NCBI GenBank assembly: GCA_034520945.1
Contig: JAXHNB010000006.1
Span: forward strand, 192,001 to 256,000
Direction: 5' to 3'
Length of the DNA: 64,000 nt
From: Trueperaceae bacterium
Lineage (GTDB): Bacteria > Deinococcota > Deinococci > Deinococcales > Trueperaceae
How positions within the stretch are numbered: the first letter of the stretch is position 1; every line of letters starts with the position of its first letter. The translations under genes were made by a program, and so were the position numbers. Shown here piece by piece: positions 1 through 8,476 of the stretch. A model generated the notes under the pieces. It saw nothing but the letters and a program-made list of their open reading frames with translations. It made no database searches and was not told where the DNA came from.

Positions 1-53
1 CCGCCACTGTAGCCCCCGGCGGCCCCTCCCCGCTTCGCGCCCGCCCCCGCCGC

Positions 54-1604
54 TCAGGCCCGGTAGGCGATGTGGCCGTCCACCACCGTCATCACCGGCG
101 TCAGCGACGCCAGCGCGGCGGGGTCCACGGCGAACGGGTCTCCGTCCAGTACGCTCAGGTCCGCCTCCATGCCGACCTGCAGCCGCCCGCGGCGGTCCTC
201 CTCGTGGGAGGCGTAGGCCACGCCGCGCGTGAACATGTCGAGGGCTTCTTCCACCGACACCCGCTCCGCCTCGCGGCTGTGGTTCACCGCCGCATGCACG
301 CCCAGCATCGGTCGCAGTTCGGTCACGGTCGAGTCGCTCCCGCCCGCCACCGCCACCCCGGCCCGCACGGCGGACGCCAAGGGGTCGACCTCTTCGGCGC
401 GGGCGTCGCCCAGGAGCGCCCGGTAGGTGGGGTGCGGCCAGACGTGGTTGAAGGCCGGCTGCAGCGACAGCACCACGCCGGCCGCGCGGGCGCGGGCCCG
501 CTGCCCCTCGTTCATCAGCTGCGCGTGCTCGATGCGGTGCCGGGCGTTCGGGCGCGACTCGGCCGCTTGCGCCGCTTCGAACATGCGCAGCGCCTGCTCG
601 ACCGCCCGGTCGCCCACGGCGTGGAACGAGAGCTGCATCCCGCTGTGGTGGGCGGCCAGCACGAAGCCGTGCAACGACGCGTCGTTGTGGTACAGCGCGC
701 CGTACGCGCCGGGATCGTCCGGGTACGGCGCCAGCAGCGCCGCCGTCCCCACGTCCACGTCCCCGTCCAGCGCGCAGGCGTGACACCCGCCGATCCGGCT
801 CAGCCCCAACGCCTGCACGTCGTCCAGATCGAACGTCTGCGGGTAGGCGCGGGTACGCACCGGCAGGTCCCGCTCGACCGCCAGCAGGGTGCGCACCGCG
901 TCCAGGTCGTCCAAGGCGTGCAGCGTGGTGCACCCGTTCCGGACCGCCCGGTCGGCCGCCGCACGCAATGCGCTCTCGTAGCCGACCTGGCGGCTGTAGG
1001 CGGCGTAGCTCCGGTGCGTGGCCGCCTGCGTCACCGCCCCGATCAGCGCCCCCGTCGGGCGGCCCTCCTCGTCCAGCAGCACCCCCGGCAGGCCCGGGTG
1101 CACATCCAGCATGCGCAGCGCGGCCGAGTTGGCGTAGCTCGCGTGGCCGGTCACGTGCCGCAGGTAGACCGGCTGATCGGGCGCCACGGCGTCCATCTCC
1201 GCCCGCGTGGGCGGGCGTTTCTCCGCGTAGCGCTCCGGATCGACGCGCAACCCCAGCACCATCGCCCCCGGCGGCGTCAACCGCGCCTTGCGCGCCACCG
1301 CCCCCAACAGCCCGTCCAGGTCGGTGGGCAGCGACCCGTCCACCGCCGTCTCCAGGAACCCCGTCGCGGTGGCGTGCACGTGCGCGTCACCCAACCCGGG
1401 CACCACGGTCGCGCCGGCAAGATCGATCACCTCGGCCCCCGCGGGCACCTCGTGACGGACCTCCGACCACGCGCCCATCCAGGCGATACGCCCGTCCGCC
1501 ACCCACACGGTGTCCGCCCCCGCCAGTCGGCCACGCCCGTCCGCCAACGTGCCGCCCGCGAACACGCGAACGTCGTGCTGCACGCGATCGGTCATGCGCG
1601 GCAC
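54..1604 (-). CDS. Metal-dependent amidohydrolase (amidohydrolase_3 / YtcJ-like)
   Basis: Motifs PGLGDAHVH, FHAVGD, RIEHAQ, GGSD and C-terminal GRLQVGMEADLSVLD. Start is GTG 1604 (1 nt after the upstream TAG) or ATG 1595. Confidence 0.88.
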   Translation of the reverse strand: MPRMTDRVQHDVRVFAGGTLADGRGRLAGADTVWVADGRIAWMGAWSEVRHEVPAGAEVIDLAGATVVPGLGDAHVHATATGFLETAVDGSLPTDLDGLLGAVARKARLTPPGAMVLGLRVDPERYAEKRPPTRAEMDAVAPDQPVYLRHVTGHASYANSAALRMLDVHPGLPGVLLDEEGRPTGALIGAVTQAATHRSYAAYSRQVGYESALRAAADRAVRNGCTTLHALDDLDAVRTLLAVERDLPVRTRAYPQTFDLDDVQALGLSRIGGCHACALDGDVDVGTAALLAPYPDDPGAYGALYHNDASLHGFVLAAHHSGMQLSFHAVGDRAVEQALRMFEAAQAAESRPNARHRIEHAQLMNEGQRARARAAGVVLSLQPAFNHVWPHPTYRALLGDARAEEVDPLASAVRAGVAVAGGSDSTVTELRPMLGVHAAVNHSREAERVSVEEALDMFTRGVAYASHEEDRRGRLQVGMEADLSVLDGDPFAVDPAALASLTPVMTVVDGHIAYRA

Positions 1605-1605
1605 C

Positions 1606-4600
1606 CTAGCACGGCTCGGTCCGCGCCCCCGCGGCGCTCCGGGCCTCCTTCAGGGCGCCCTCCACCTCCCGGAACGCCGCCGGGTCGTCTTCCTCCCGTA
1701 CCCACGCCTGCGCCTGCACGAACGCGGTGGCGGCCTCCGCCGGACGTCCCTGCGCCATCTCCGCCTGGCCCCACTCGAACGCGCCGAGGCGGGCACCGTG
1801 CGCGTACCCGACCGATTCCGCCAGCGTGAACGCCTCGTGCGCGATCGACGCCGCCTCCCCCGGCCCGCCCCGCGCCTCCCGCCGCACCAGGCTCGCCAGA
1901 TGCGCCAGGCTCAACGCCAAGCCACTGACGTGATTCACCTCGCGGTAGCGGACGATCGCCTCCTCCAGCGCAGCGCGCGCCTCGGCCGGCCGATCCAACT
2001 GGCCCAACGCCAACGCCACGTTGCCGCGCGCCTGCGCTTCGCCCACCGCGTCGCCCGCCGCGCGCCGAAGCTCCGCCGCCCGCTCGAACGCCTGCCCCGC
2101 CTCGTCCATGCGTCCGGACAGGCCTCGCACCAGCCCCGACGTGTTCCACGCCATCGCCAGCGTCCCGTCCGCCGCGCCATCGTCCAGCAGCGCCAGGGCC
2201 TCGGTGATGCGTGCCTCGGCCTCCTCCAGGCGGCCCCGTTGGGCCAGGAACAGCGCCGTGCACTCCCGCACCCAGCCCCGGAGCGTCCGGTCGTCGCACG
2301 CCTGCAAGGCCTCGTCCCCCGCCATGAACAGCGCCAGGCCCTCCTTCGAACGCCCCCGCACGTCGAGGTAGCCCCGCAACAACGTCGCCAGCGGCCACGC
2401 CGCCTCCGGACGCGGCGGATCCAGAAGGGCGTGCCAGGCCATCACCAGGTTGGCGCGCTCCGCGTCCGCCACCGCGAAGCCGCGCGCGGTGCGTTCCCCG
2501 ATCTCCATCTCGTTCAGGCGTCGCGCCACCTCGGCGTACGTGAGGGCGACACGCTCCCGCGCGCGCCCAGGGTCGACCAGCCCGTCCGCGAAGCGTTCCC
2601 GGATCGCCGCATGCACGGTGTAGCGCGCGCCCTCGCGCCGCAGCAGCGAGCGTTCCAGCAACGCCAACAAGAAGAACGGCGACGCGTCGGCTGCCGCGCG
2701 CGCCTGCTCCGCTTCGAAGCCGGCGGGGATTAGCGACAGTGTGCCCAACGCCTCGCGTTCCCCCGCGCCCATCAGTTCGCGGGTGACGTCGATGGTCCGC
2801 TCGGTGCGCGAACGCTCGCCCGGCGCGAAAACCAGCACCTCCGGCCGCGCGTCCAGCGTCCGCGCCAGTTCGGCCGGTGCCACCGTCCGCGTCCAGGTCG
2901 AGGCCAACTCGACCGACAGCGGGCTGGTGCCGATCCGCTCCAGCACGGGCCGGAGCGCCTCCTCATCGGCGCCCTCCCGCGCCCCAGCGCGGGCCATGCC
3001 CTGCCGGAACAGTTCGGTGGCCGCCTCGGGGCTCAGTTCCGGCACCTCCACGACCTGCTCCTCGGGGATGCGCAACGGCATGCGCGCGGTGACCAGCAGC
3101 CGCAACGACGGCGCGTGCTGCGACAACGCCTGCAATACGCCGGCCTGGTCGGCCAGGGCGTCCGCCTCGTCGAGTACCAAGCGGCGTCGCGCCTCCCCCC
3201 AGCGCTCGGCCAACGCCGCCAGGTCGTCGCTGGGCTTCACGCCGGTCGCCTCCGCCAAGGCGCGGGCCAGGTCCTCGCTGCGGCGCGCCGCGCGCAGGTC
3301 CACCCAGTCCGTGCCGCCGGGCGCGCCGTCCGCCAGTTCGCGGGCCAACTGCGCCGCCAGGCGCGACTTGCCCACCCCGCCCGGCCCGACCAGCGTCACC
3401 ACGCGCGCGTCCGCCACCCGCGCCGCGACGCGGTCCAACCACGCGGCCCGCCCCACCAGCGGCCCCTCCCAGCTGGGAAGCCGGACGCGCCCCCGCCGCG
3501 CGGGCCGCTCGAGCTGACGCACGTCGCGTTCCACCCGGGCAGGGTCGGCGTGATGGCCCTGCGGGCCGCGCGCCAGGCCGCCATCCGCCTGCAACGCGCG
3601 AACGGTGCGCACGATCGGCGCGGGCCGCCCCCCGGCGGTCCGCGCCAGCGTGCGCACCACCACCTGGTCCAGCCTGCCGCCCAGCGCGGCCGACAACCAC
3701 CCGCCGACCTCGTTCGGCGTCAGCGGCGGAAGCGCCCGGGTACGCGCCGCAGGGAACGCCGCCTCCGCCCTGTCGGGGACCGCCTCGACCACGCGGACGC
3801 CCCCGCCGTCCAGTCGTGCGGCCAGCAGGGCGCGGCTGGCCGGATCCAGGTGTGCGCCGCCCTCCAAGAGCACCACCAAGCCCGGACCTGCCGCGTCCTG
3901 TGCCAGCTGATGGGCCATCTGGCCTTCCGTCGCGTCGGGGGCGACCTCGCCCAGGTAGGCCAGCTGCAACGCGCGCAGGTGCACGCCCGCGTCCACCGGG
4001 GCCGCCCGCACCTCCCGCACGGCGCGGCCGGCCTGGCGCGCACGGACGGCCACCTCGCGCAGTAGGCGGGTGAAGCCGGAGCCGGGCGGTCCGCGCAGCT
4101 GAAGCACCCGCTCCGAGGCGGTGGTCGCATCGTCGGCCAAAAAGGCGTCGACGTCCGCCAGCACTGCGTCCCGCCCCACCAGCCGCACCTCCGCCAGCCC
4201 GCCCGTGATGTCGGTGTCCGGCTCGTCGTCGCTCACGACCAGGTTGCGCCCGGCCCGCTTGGCCCGGTAGAGGCGCGCGTCGGCCCGCGCGAACAGCGCC
4301 TCCGCGTCGCCTCCTTCTGGATCCTCGTCCACGCTGGTCAGGCCGACGCTGACCTGGACCCACACGTGGGGGCCCGCGTCGATGGGGCCCGAGGTCACGC
4401 GCTCCGCCACCCGCTGCAGCACCGACGCCGCCTCCGCCCGCGGCGTGGTCGGCAACAGCACCACGAACTCGTCCCCCCCGTAGCGGAACACCAGATCCTC
4501 GTCCCGCAAGGCGTTCATGATGCGCGCCACCACGGTGCGCAGCACGGCGTCCCCCACTGCATGGCCGTGCACGTCGTTGAGCGCCTTGAAGTGATCCACG

Positions 4601-4725
4601 TCCAGCACGGCCAACGCCAGCGGTGTCCCGGTCGCGACCGCGTCGCGCAGGAGGTGCGCCAAGGTCGGCGACAGGGCCTCGCGGCGGAAGGCCTGCGTGA
4701 GGGGGTCGTGCTCCAGAAGCGCCAT
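1606..4725 (-). CDS. Diguanylate cyclase (GGDEF) fused to a degenerate AAA/P-loop domain, a STAND-type NTPase and TPR repeats
   Basis: DPLT, LDVDHFK..ND..GH..GD, RDED-x5-GGDEF, ADARLYRAKRAGRN. First Walker A-like GPPGSGFT; second Walker A GPGGVGKS with Walker B LVLDE and LLVTAR. C-terminal TPR-like helices. Confidence 0.85.
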   Translation of the reverse strand: MALLEHDPLTQAFRREALSPTLAHLLRDAVATGTPLALAVLDVDHFKALNDVHGHAVGDAVLRTVVARIMNALRDEDLVFRYGGDEFVVLLPTTPRAEAASVLQRVAERVTSGPIDAGPHVWVQVSVGLTSVDEDPEGGDAEALFARADARLYRAKRAGRNLVVSDDEPDTDITGGLAEVRLVGRDAVLADVDAFLADDATTASERVLQLRGPPGSGFTRLLREVAVRARQAGRAVREVRAAPVDAGVHLRALQLAYLGEVAPDATEGQMAHQLAQDAAGPGLVVLLEGGAHLDPASRALLAARLDGGGVRVVEAVPDRAEAAFPAARTRALPPLTPNEVGGWLSAALGGRLDQVVVRTLARTAGGRPAPIVRTVRALQADGGLARGPQGHHADPARVERDVRQLERPARRGRVRLPSWEGPLVGRAAWLDRVAARVADARVVTLVGPGGVGKSRLAAQLARELADGAPGGTDWVDLRAARRSEDLARALAEATGVKPSDDLAALAERWGEARRRLVLDEADALADQAGVLQALSQHAPSLRLLVTARMPLRIPEEQVVEVPELSPEAATELFRQGMARAGAREGADEEALRPVLERIGTSPLSVELASTWTRTVAPAELARTLDARPEVLVFAPGERSRTERTIDVTRELMGAGEREALGTLSLIPAGFEAEQARAAADASPFFLLALLERSLLRREGARYTVHAAIRERFADGLVDPGRARERVALTYAEVARRLNEMEIGERTARGFAVADAERANLVMAWHALLDPPRPEAAWPLATLLRGYLDVRGRSKEGLALFMAGDEALQACDDRTLRGWVRECTALFLAQRGRLEEAEARITEALALLDDGAADGTLAMAWNTSGLVRGLSGRMDEAGQAFERAAELRRAAGDAVGEAQARGNVALALGQLDRPAEARAALEEAIVRYREVNHVSGLALSLAHLASLVRREARGGPGEAASIAHEAFTLAESVGYAHGARLGAFEWGQAEMAQGRPAEAATAFVQAQAWVREEDDPAAFREVEGALKEARSAAGARTEPC

Positions 4726-4898
4726 CGACAGGACAGTCTAGCGCCGGGGGACGGTATGCTGAATGATCACGCAGCGAGTTGGAGGCGAGTTTCCGCATGA
4801 CCACGCACGAACGACCCACAACGGCGCGAGCCGGCCATGGCCGCCGCCCGAAAACCTAGGGCAGGACGCGCGCGACCAGCCCTACCTTCGCCCTTGGC

Positions 4899-4925
4899 GC
4901 CCGGGTCGGAACATCCGACCCGGGC
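4899..4925 (-). terminator. Perfect 12-bp stem-loop just after the stop of the beta-barrel gene (no U-tract)
   Basis: gcccgggtcgga-aca-tccgacccgggc, 5 nt downstream of TGA at 4931-4933. Confidence 0.55.
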
Positions 4926-4930
4926 CGGCT

Positions 4931-7900
4931 TCAACGCTGACCCGACGCGGCGGCGTCGATGCGCAGGTAGATCCCGCCGGCGCTGGAGGGCGTGAGACCC
5001 TCGAAGCCTGCGAAGGTGTACCCAACCGCCAGCCAAAGACCGTCGAGTGCCTCGACCTGGCCCTCGACCGAAATGCCAGCGTCCAGGGCGTTTGCTGCCG
5101 GGAGAACGAGCGCGTGCCCTCCGACGCCCAGGCCGACGGTCCGGAGCGCCTCGCGCTCGCCAGCCAGCGGTCGGTAGCCGACGACGAACAGGCTCGCCTG
5201 GTAGGTACGTGCCTCCGGTTCGTTGAACGGCACGCGGTACGCCACGCCTGGACGCACCTGCAGTGACGCGTTCGGGTGCCAGGTCAGGGCGGCCTCCCCC
5301 TCCAAGAGGATTTTCTCCGGCTCGTCGCGCAGGCGGTGGTAGGTCAGCAGCGACGTGCTACCGCCACGCCACGCATAGGCGGCGGTCGCGGTGCCGCTAC
5401 GTGTGGGCGACAACTGGTAGTCGGCGTAGACGCTGAGCACCTGATGTGCGGTCAGCTGTCCGCTCATCCCGCCGCGGGCTACCCACTTCGTGGTGCTCCC
5501 CACGCTGACTTCGCTGGCGAGATCGGCCACCAGGGCATCGGTGCGATAGCGCACGCCGCCTCCGAAGGCCGCCAAGGTGCCGCCGTCGTCGAAGTCTCGC
5601 TCGAGGCCGACGTTACCGTCCAGCGCCCAATGCTCGTCCAGCGGTACGGGCACGTCGACGCCCAGCCGTGCCAGGTTGCCCGCTCCGTCGACGCCGGGCA
5701 GCTCATAGGCCAGCGATACGGTAGCGTCCGCCAGATCTCGTTCCAGCTGCACGCTTCCGTCCAACGCCTCGTCCCAGCGATAGTCGAGGCGAGCGTTCGC
5801 CTCGACGTCGCCTGGCAGTGCCACGCGTCCCTGCGCCCCCGTGGTGGCGGCTCGGCCGCCGGTCAACGGCTGGGCGTGATCCAGTTGCAGACGGGCACCC
5901 GGAACTTCCAGGCGGCCCCGGGCCAGGCCATCCCAGGTGCCATCGAGCCACTCTCGGCCCGCGCCGACGCCCAGCGTCGCCGTGCGGCCTTCGCCCGCCA
6001 GAGGCAGCCGCTGCTCGAAGAGCAACGAGCTCCGCTGTGCGTCGTCCTCGGCGCGGTGTTCGGCCGCGACAGTGCTGCCACCTGCCACCTCGACGGCGGC
6101 CCGCGCCGAGCCACGCAGCCGTGCCTCCTGGTACGTCGCGTCGCCCCGTAGCGACAGCGGCCCCACCACATAGCCGAGCTCGAGGTTGGCGCCGATGCCG
6201 GCGACGTCGTCGTCCCGGGCGCCGATCGCCAGGCGCGCGTCGCCAGGGCCCAGCGGCCCGCCGTAGGCTGCCCGTGCGCCCCAGCGAAGGACGTCGGTCT
6301 GCGCGACCCCGGCCTCGAGCGACCAGGAGCGATCACGGTAGCGCACGCCGAGGCCACCGGCGACCGTGTCGCGCGCCACCTCGTTGGGGGCGTAGGTGAC
6401 CTCGAGTCTGACCTCCGACAGGTCGGGGTCCGTCGGGAGCATCGGTCGCGCCAAGGTCAGCACGCCGGTACTGGCATTCAGCACGTAGTCGAGGCGCGGC
6501 GCCAGTGTTCTGGTGCCCTCGTCGCTCACCACCTGTACGGTCTCGGTGCCGGGCTGAGGTCGGCGCTCGAGCCGGTAGCGACGGGTGCCGTCCGGCACGA
6601 TCGTCTCTTGGACCGTCTCGGAGGGGAGGAGACCCGCGAAACCGCTGAGCTCCACGGCCCCCAGACGCGCTTCGCCGCGGAGCGCACTTGCTCGCGGGAG
6701 GCGCTCGACGCCCGGCACCTCGAGGGCGCCCGCCAGGTAGCTCACCGTCACGTTCTCGTCGTCATAACGTACCGCGACGCCGTCGTCGCTGCGTAGCGCC
6801 GGCACCGCTTCCCGGCCGGTGCCGGTCAGGGGGAAGCGCCCGTCCGGATCGGGCTCGCGCCGGAGCGTCCGGTCGAGGTCCAGGCCGGTCGTGTCGGCCC
6901 CCACGTCGACCGCCGCCTGCAAGGTCCCAGCAGCGACGGGCGTCTCGAGGTAGCCGCGCACGCTACCGAACAGTTCGACCGGGTCGACCAGTCGGGCCGT
7001 GGCCTGGCCCTGCGCGATCCACAAGGTCCGGTCGGCGCCAGGCAGGTCGAGCACCGTTTCGGCGCGAATTTCGTCGTCGGATGGCGCGTCGTCGGGGCGG
7101 AAACGGAAGCGAAGCCGTACGCGCGTGGCGCTTGGCTGTGGGGCCAGCTCGAGCATGGCCTCGCCCCCCTCGAGGTGCAGCTGATGTCCCGCTTGGCGCA
7201 GGTCGGTGTCGGGCGTGCGCACGGCAACGTCGCTCGCCACCGTTAGCGTGCCGCGGCCGGTCGGCAGGCCGGCGGCGTCCACGACCGTGACGCGCACGCG
7301 AGGCGCCGTACGCAGGTCGCCCCGGCCGCCATCCCACATCGCCTCGATCCCGGCCGGCGGTCCGGCCCGGTACAGCGTGAGCTCATCGTGTCGCTCGCTC
7401 GCGCGCACCGTCACGCGGTTGGCGCCCACCCGCAGTGGCACCCGCTCGAAGCGTGCGGCGCGTCGCCCCCCAAGACGTACGAAGCGCACGTCGCCCTCGT
7501 ACGGCACGCCGTTGATGCGCAACTCGGGCGTGACGCCGTCCTCGGCGAGGACGTCCAGCACCACGCGCTCGGAGGGTCCGAAGACGGTGCCGGGCGCCGG
7601 CGAGAGCAGCAGCGCCTCGCGGGTCGCGGGCCGGGCGTCCTCGAGCGCGTCGAAGCCACGGTTGCCCAGCAGGCGCAGCTCCCGGTCGTCTAGGCGCACC
7701 GTCACGTCGGGTGGCCGCAGCGGAGCGAGCGGGTCCTCGTGGCGGACGGCGTACGTCAGGGTCGCTGCGGCGGCGTACGGCAACGACCAGGCCAGCGCAT
7801 CGTCCGACAGCACGACGGGTTCGATGGCGCGCACCGGCCCGTCGGACCGTCCCGCGCCGGCCGGGTGAAGCGTCACGCGGGTGCTGCCGGGGAGATAGCT

Positions 7901-8476
7901 CGCGCCTACCGGCGGGGTGTGCACGACCAGTAGGGCGCTTCCCTGGGCGTCATCGACGGTGCAGTCGAGCGTGCGCGTCTCGGTGCCGGGTCCGCGGAGG
8001 ACCGCATCGCGAAGGTGCGCGCCGGCGGGGACGGCCACCTGCCAGACGGCGGGGTCGCTTGCGGTGTCGTCGCTGGGTGGCGTCGCCCGCAGGATCGCCC
8101 GCACCAGCAGGCCCCCCGCGTCGGGGTGGACCGTACGGTCGTGCATCTCGGCCGGCCCCGCCACGTGACCTTCTGAAGTACGCGGCGCACCTTCGGGCGA
8201 GGCGAGCCGCGCCGCGAGCGCATCCGCGTCGACGCCCTCGTCGAGGGCCAGGCGAAGGCTGGCCTCGACCTCGGTGCCCGGCACGAGAGCAGGCAGGGTG
8301 CAGCGCGCCACCCGGCCTGCCGTCACGTCCAGCCGCACGACGCTTTCGCGCTGGGCGGTCGGCCCCTGCGCCAGCGCGGGCGCGAGGACGGCGAGGAGGG
8401 AGACGAGGAGGACGAGGATCGAGCGCTTGGTGGACGTACGCCAGTCGTGAGGGAGAAGGAAGGCGTGGTGCCTCAT
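4931..8476 (-). CDS. Large exported protein: N-terminal Ig-like domains and a C-terminal putative outer-membrane beta-barrel
   Basis: Signal peptide (ILVLLVSLLAVLAPALA|Q). C-terminal half has alternating beta-strand patterns (GGLGVRYR, FGGGVRYR, LWLAVGYTF, GGIYLRID). ATG 8476 overlaps the upstream TGA (ATGA). Confidence 0.7.
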   Translation of the reverse strand: MRHHAFLLPHDWRTSTKRSILVLLVSLLAVLAPALAQGPTAQRESVVRLDVTAGRVARCTLPALVPGTEVEASLRLALDEGVDADALAARLASPEGAPRTSEGHVAGPAEMHDRTVHPDAGGLLVRAILRATPPSDDTASDPAVWQVAVPAGAHLRDAVLRGPGTETRTLDCTVDDAQGSALLVVHTPPVGASYLPGSTRVTLHPAGAGRSDGPVRAIEPVVLSDDALAWSLPYAAAATLTYAVRHEDPLAPLRPPDVTVRLDDRELRLLGNRGFDALEDARPATREALLLSPAPGTVFGPSERVVLDVLAEDGVTPELRINGVPYEGDVRFVRLGGRRAARFERVPLRVGANRVTVRASERHDELTLYRAGPPAGIEAMWDGGRGDLRTAPRVRVTVVDAAGLPTGRGTLTVASDVAVRTPDTDLRQAGHQLHLEGGEAMLELAPQPSATRVRLRFRFRPDDAPSDDEIRAETVLDLPGADRTLWIAQGQATARLVDPVELFGSVRGYLETPVAAGTLQAAVDVGADTTGLDLDRTLRREPDPDGRFPLTGTGREAVPALRSDDGVAVRYDDENVTVSYLAGALEVPGVERLPRASALRGEARLGAVELSGFAGLLPSETVQETIVPDGTRRYRLERRPQPGTETVQVVSDEGTRTLAPRLDYVLNASTGVLTLARPMLPTDPDLSEVRLEVTYAPNEVARDTVAGGLGVRYRDRSWSLEAGVAQTDVLRWGARAAYGGPLGPGDARLAIGARDDDVAGIGANLELGYVVGPLSLRGDATYQEARLRGSARAAVEVAGGSTVAAEHRAEDDAQRSSLLFEQRLPLAGEGRTATLGVGAGREWLDGTWDGLARGRLEVPGARLQLDHAQPLTGGRAATTGAQGRVALPGDVEANARLDYRWDEALDGSVQLERDLADATVSLAYELPGVDGAGNLARLGVDVPVPLDEHWALDGNVGLERDFDDGGTLAAFGGGVRYRTDALVADLASEVSVGSTTKWVARGGMSGQLTAHQVLSVYADYQLSPTRSGTATAAYAWRGGSTSLLTYHRLRDEPEKILLEGEAALTWHPNASLQVRPGVAYRVPFNEPEARTYQASLFVVGYRPLAGEREALRTVGLGVGGHALVLPAANALDAGISVEGQVEALDGLWLAVGYTFAGFEGLTPSSAGGIYLRIDAAASGQR

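Noticed and set aside
4726..4930. Possible c-di-GMP riboswitch upstream of the DGC gene (also checked 20485-20720)
   Set aside because: No recognisable c-di-GMP-I/II consensus by eye; only a simple hairpin. An Rfam scan would be needed to exclude it fully.
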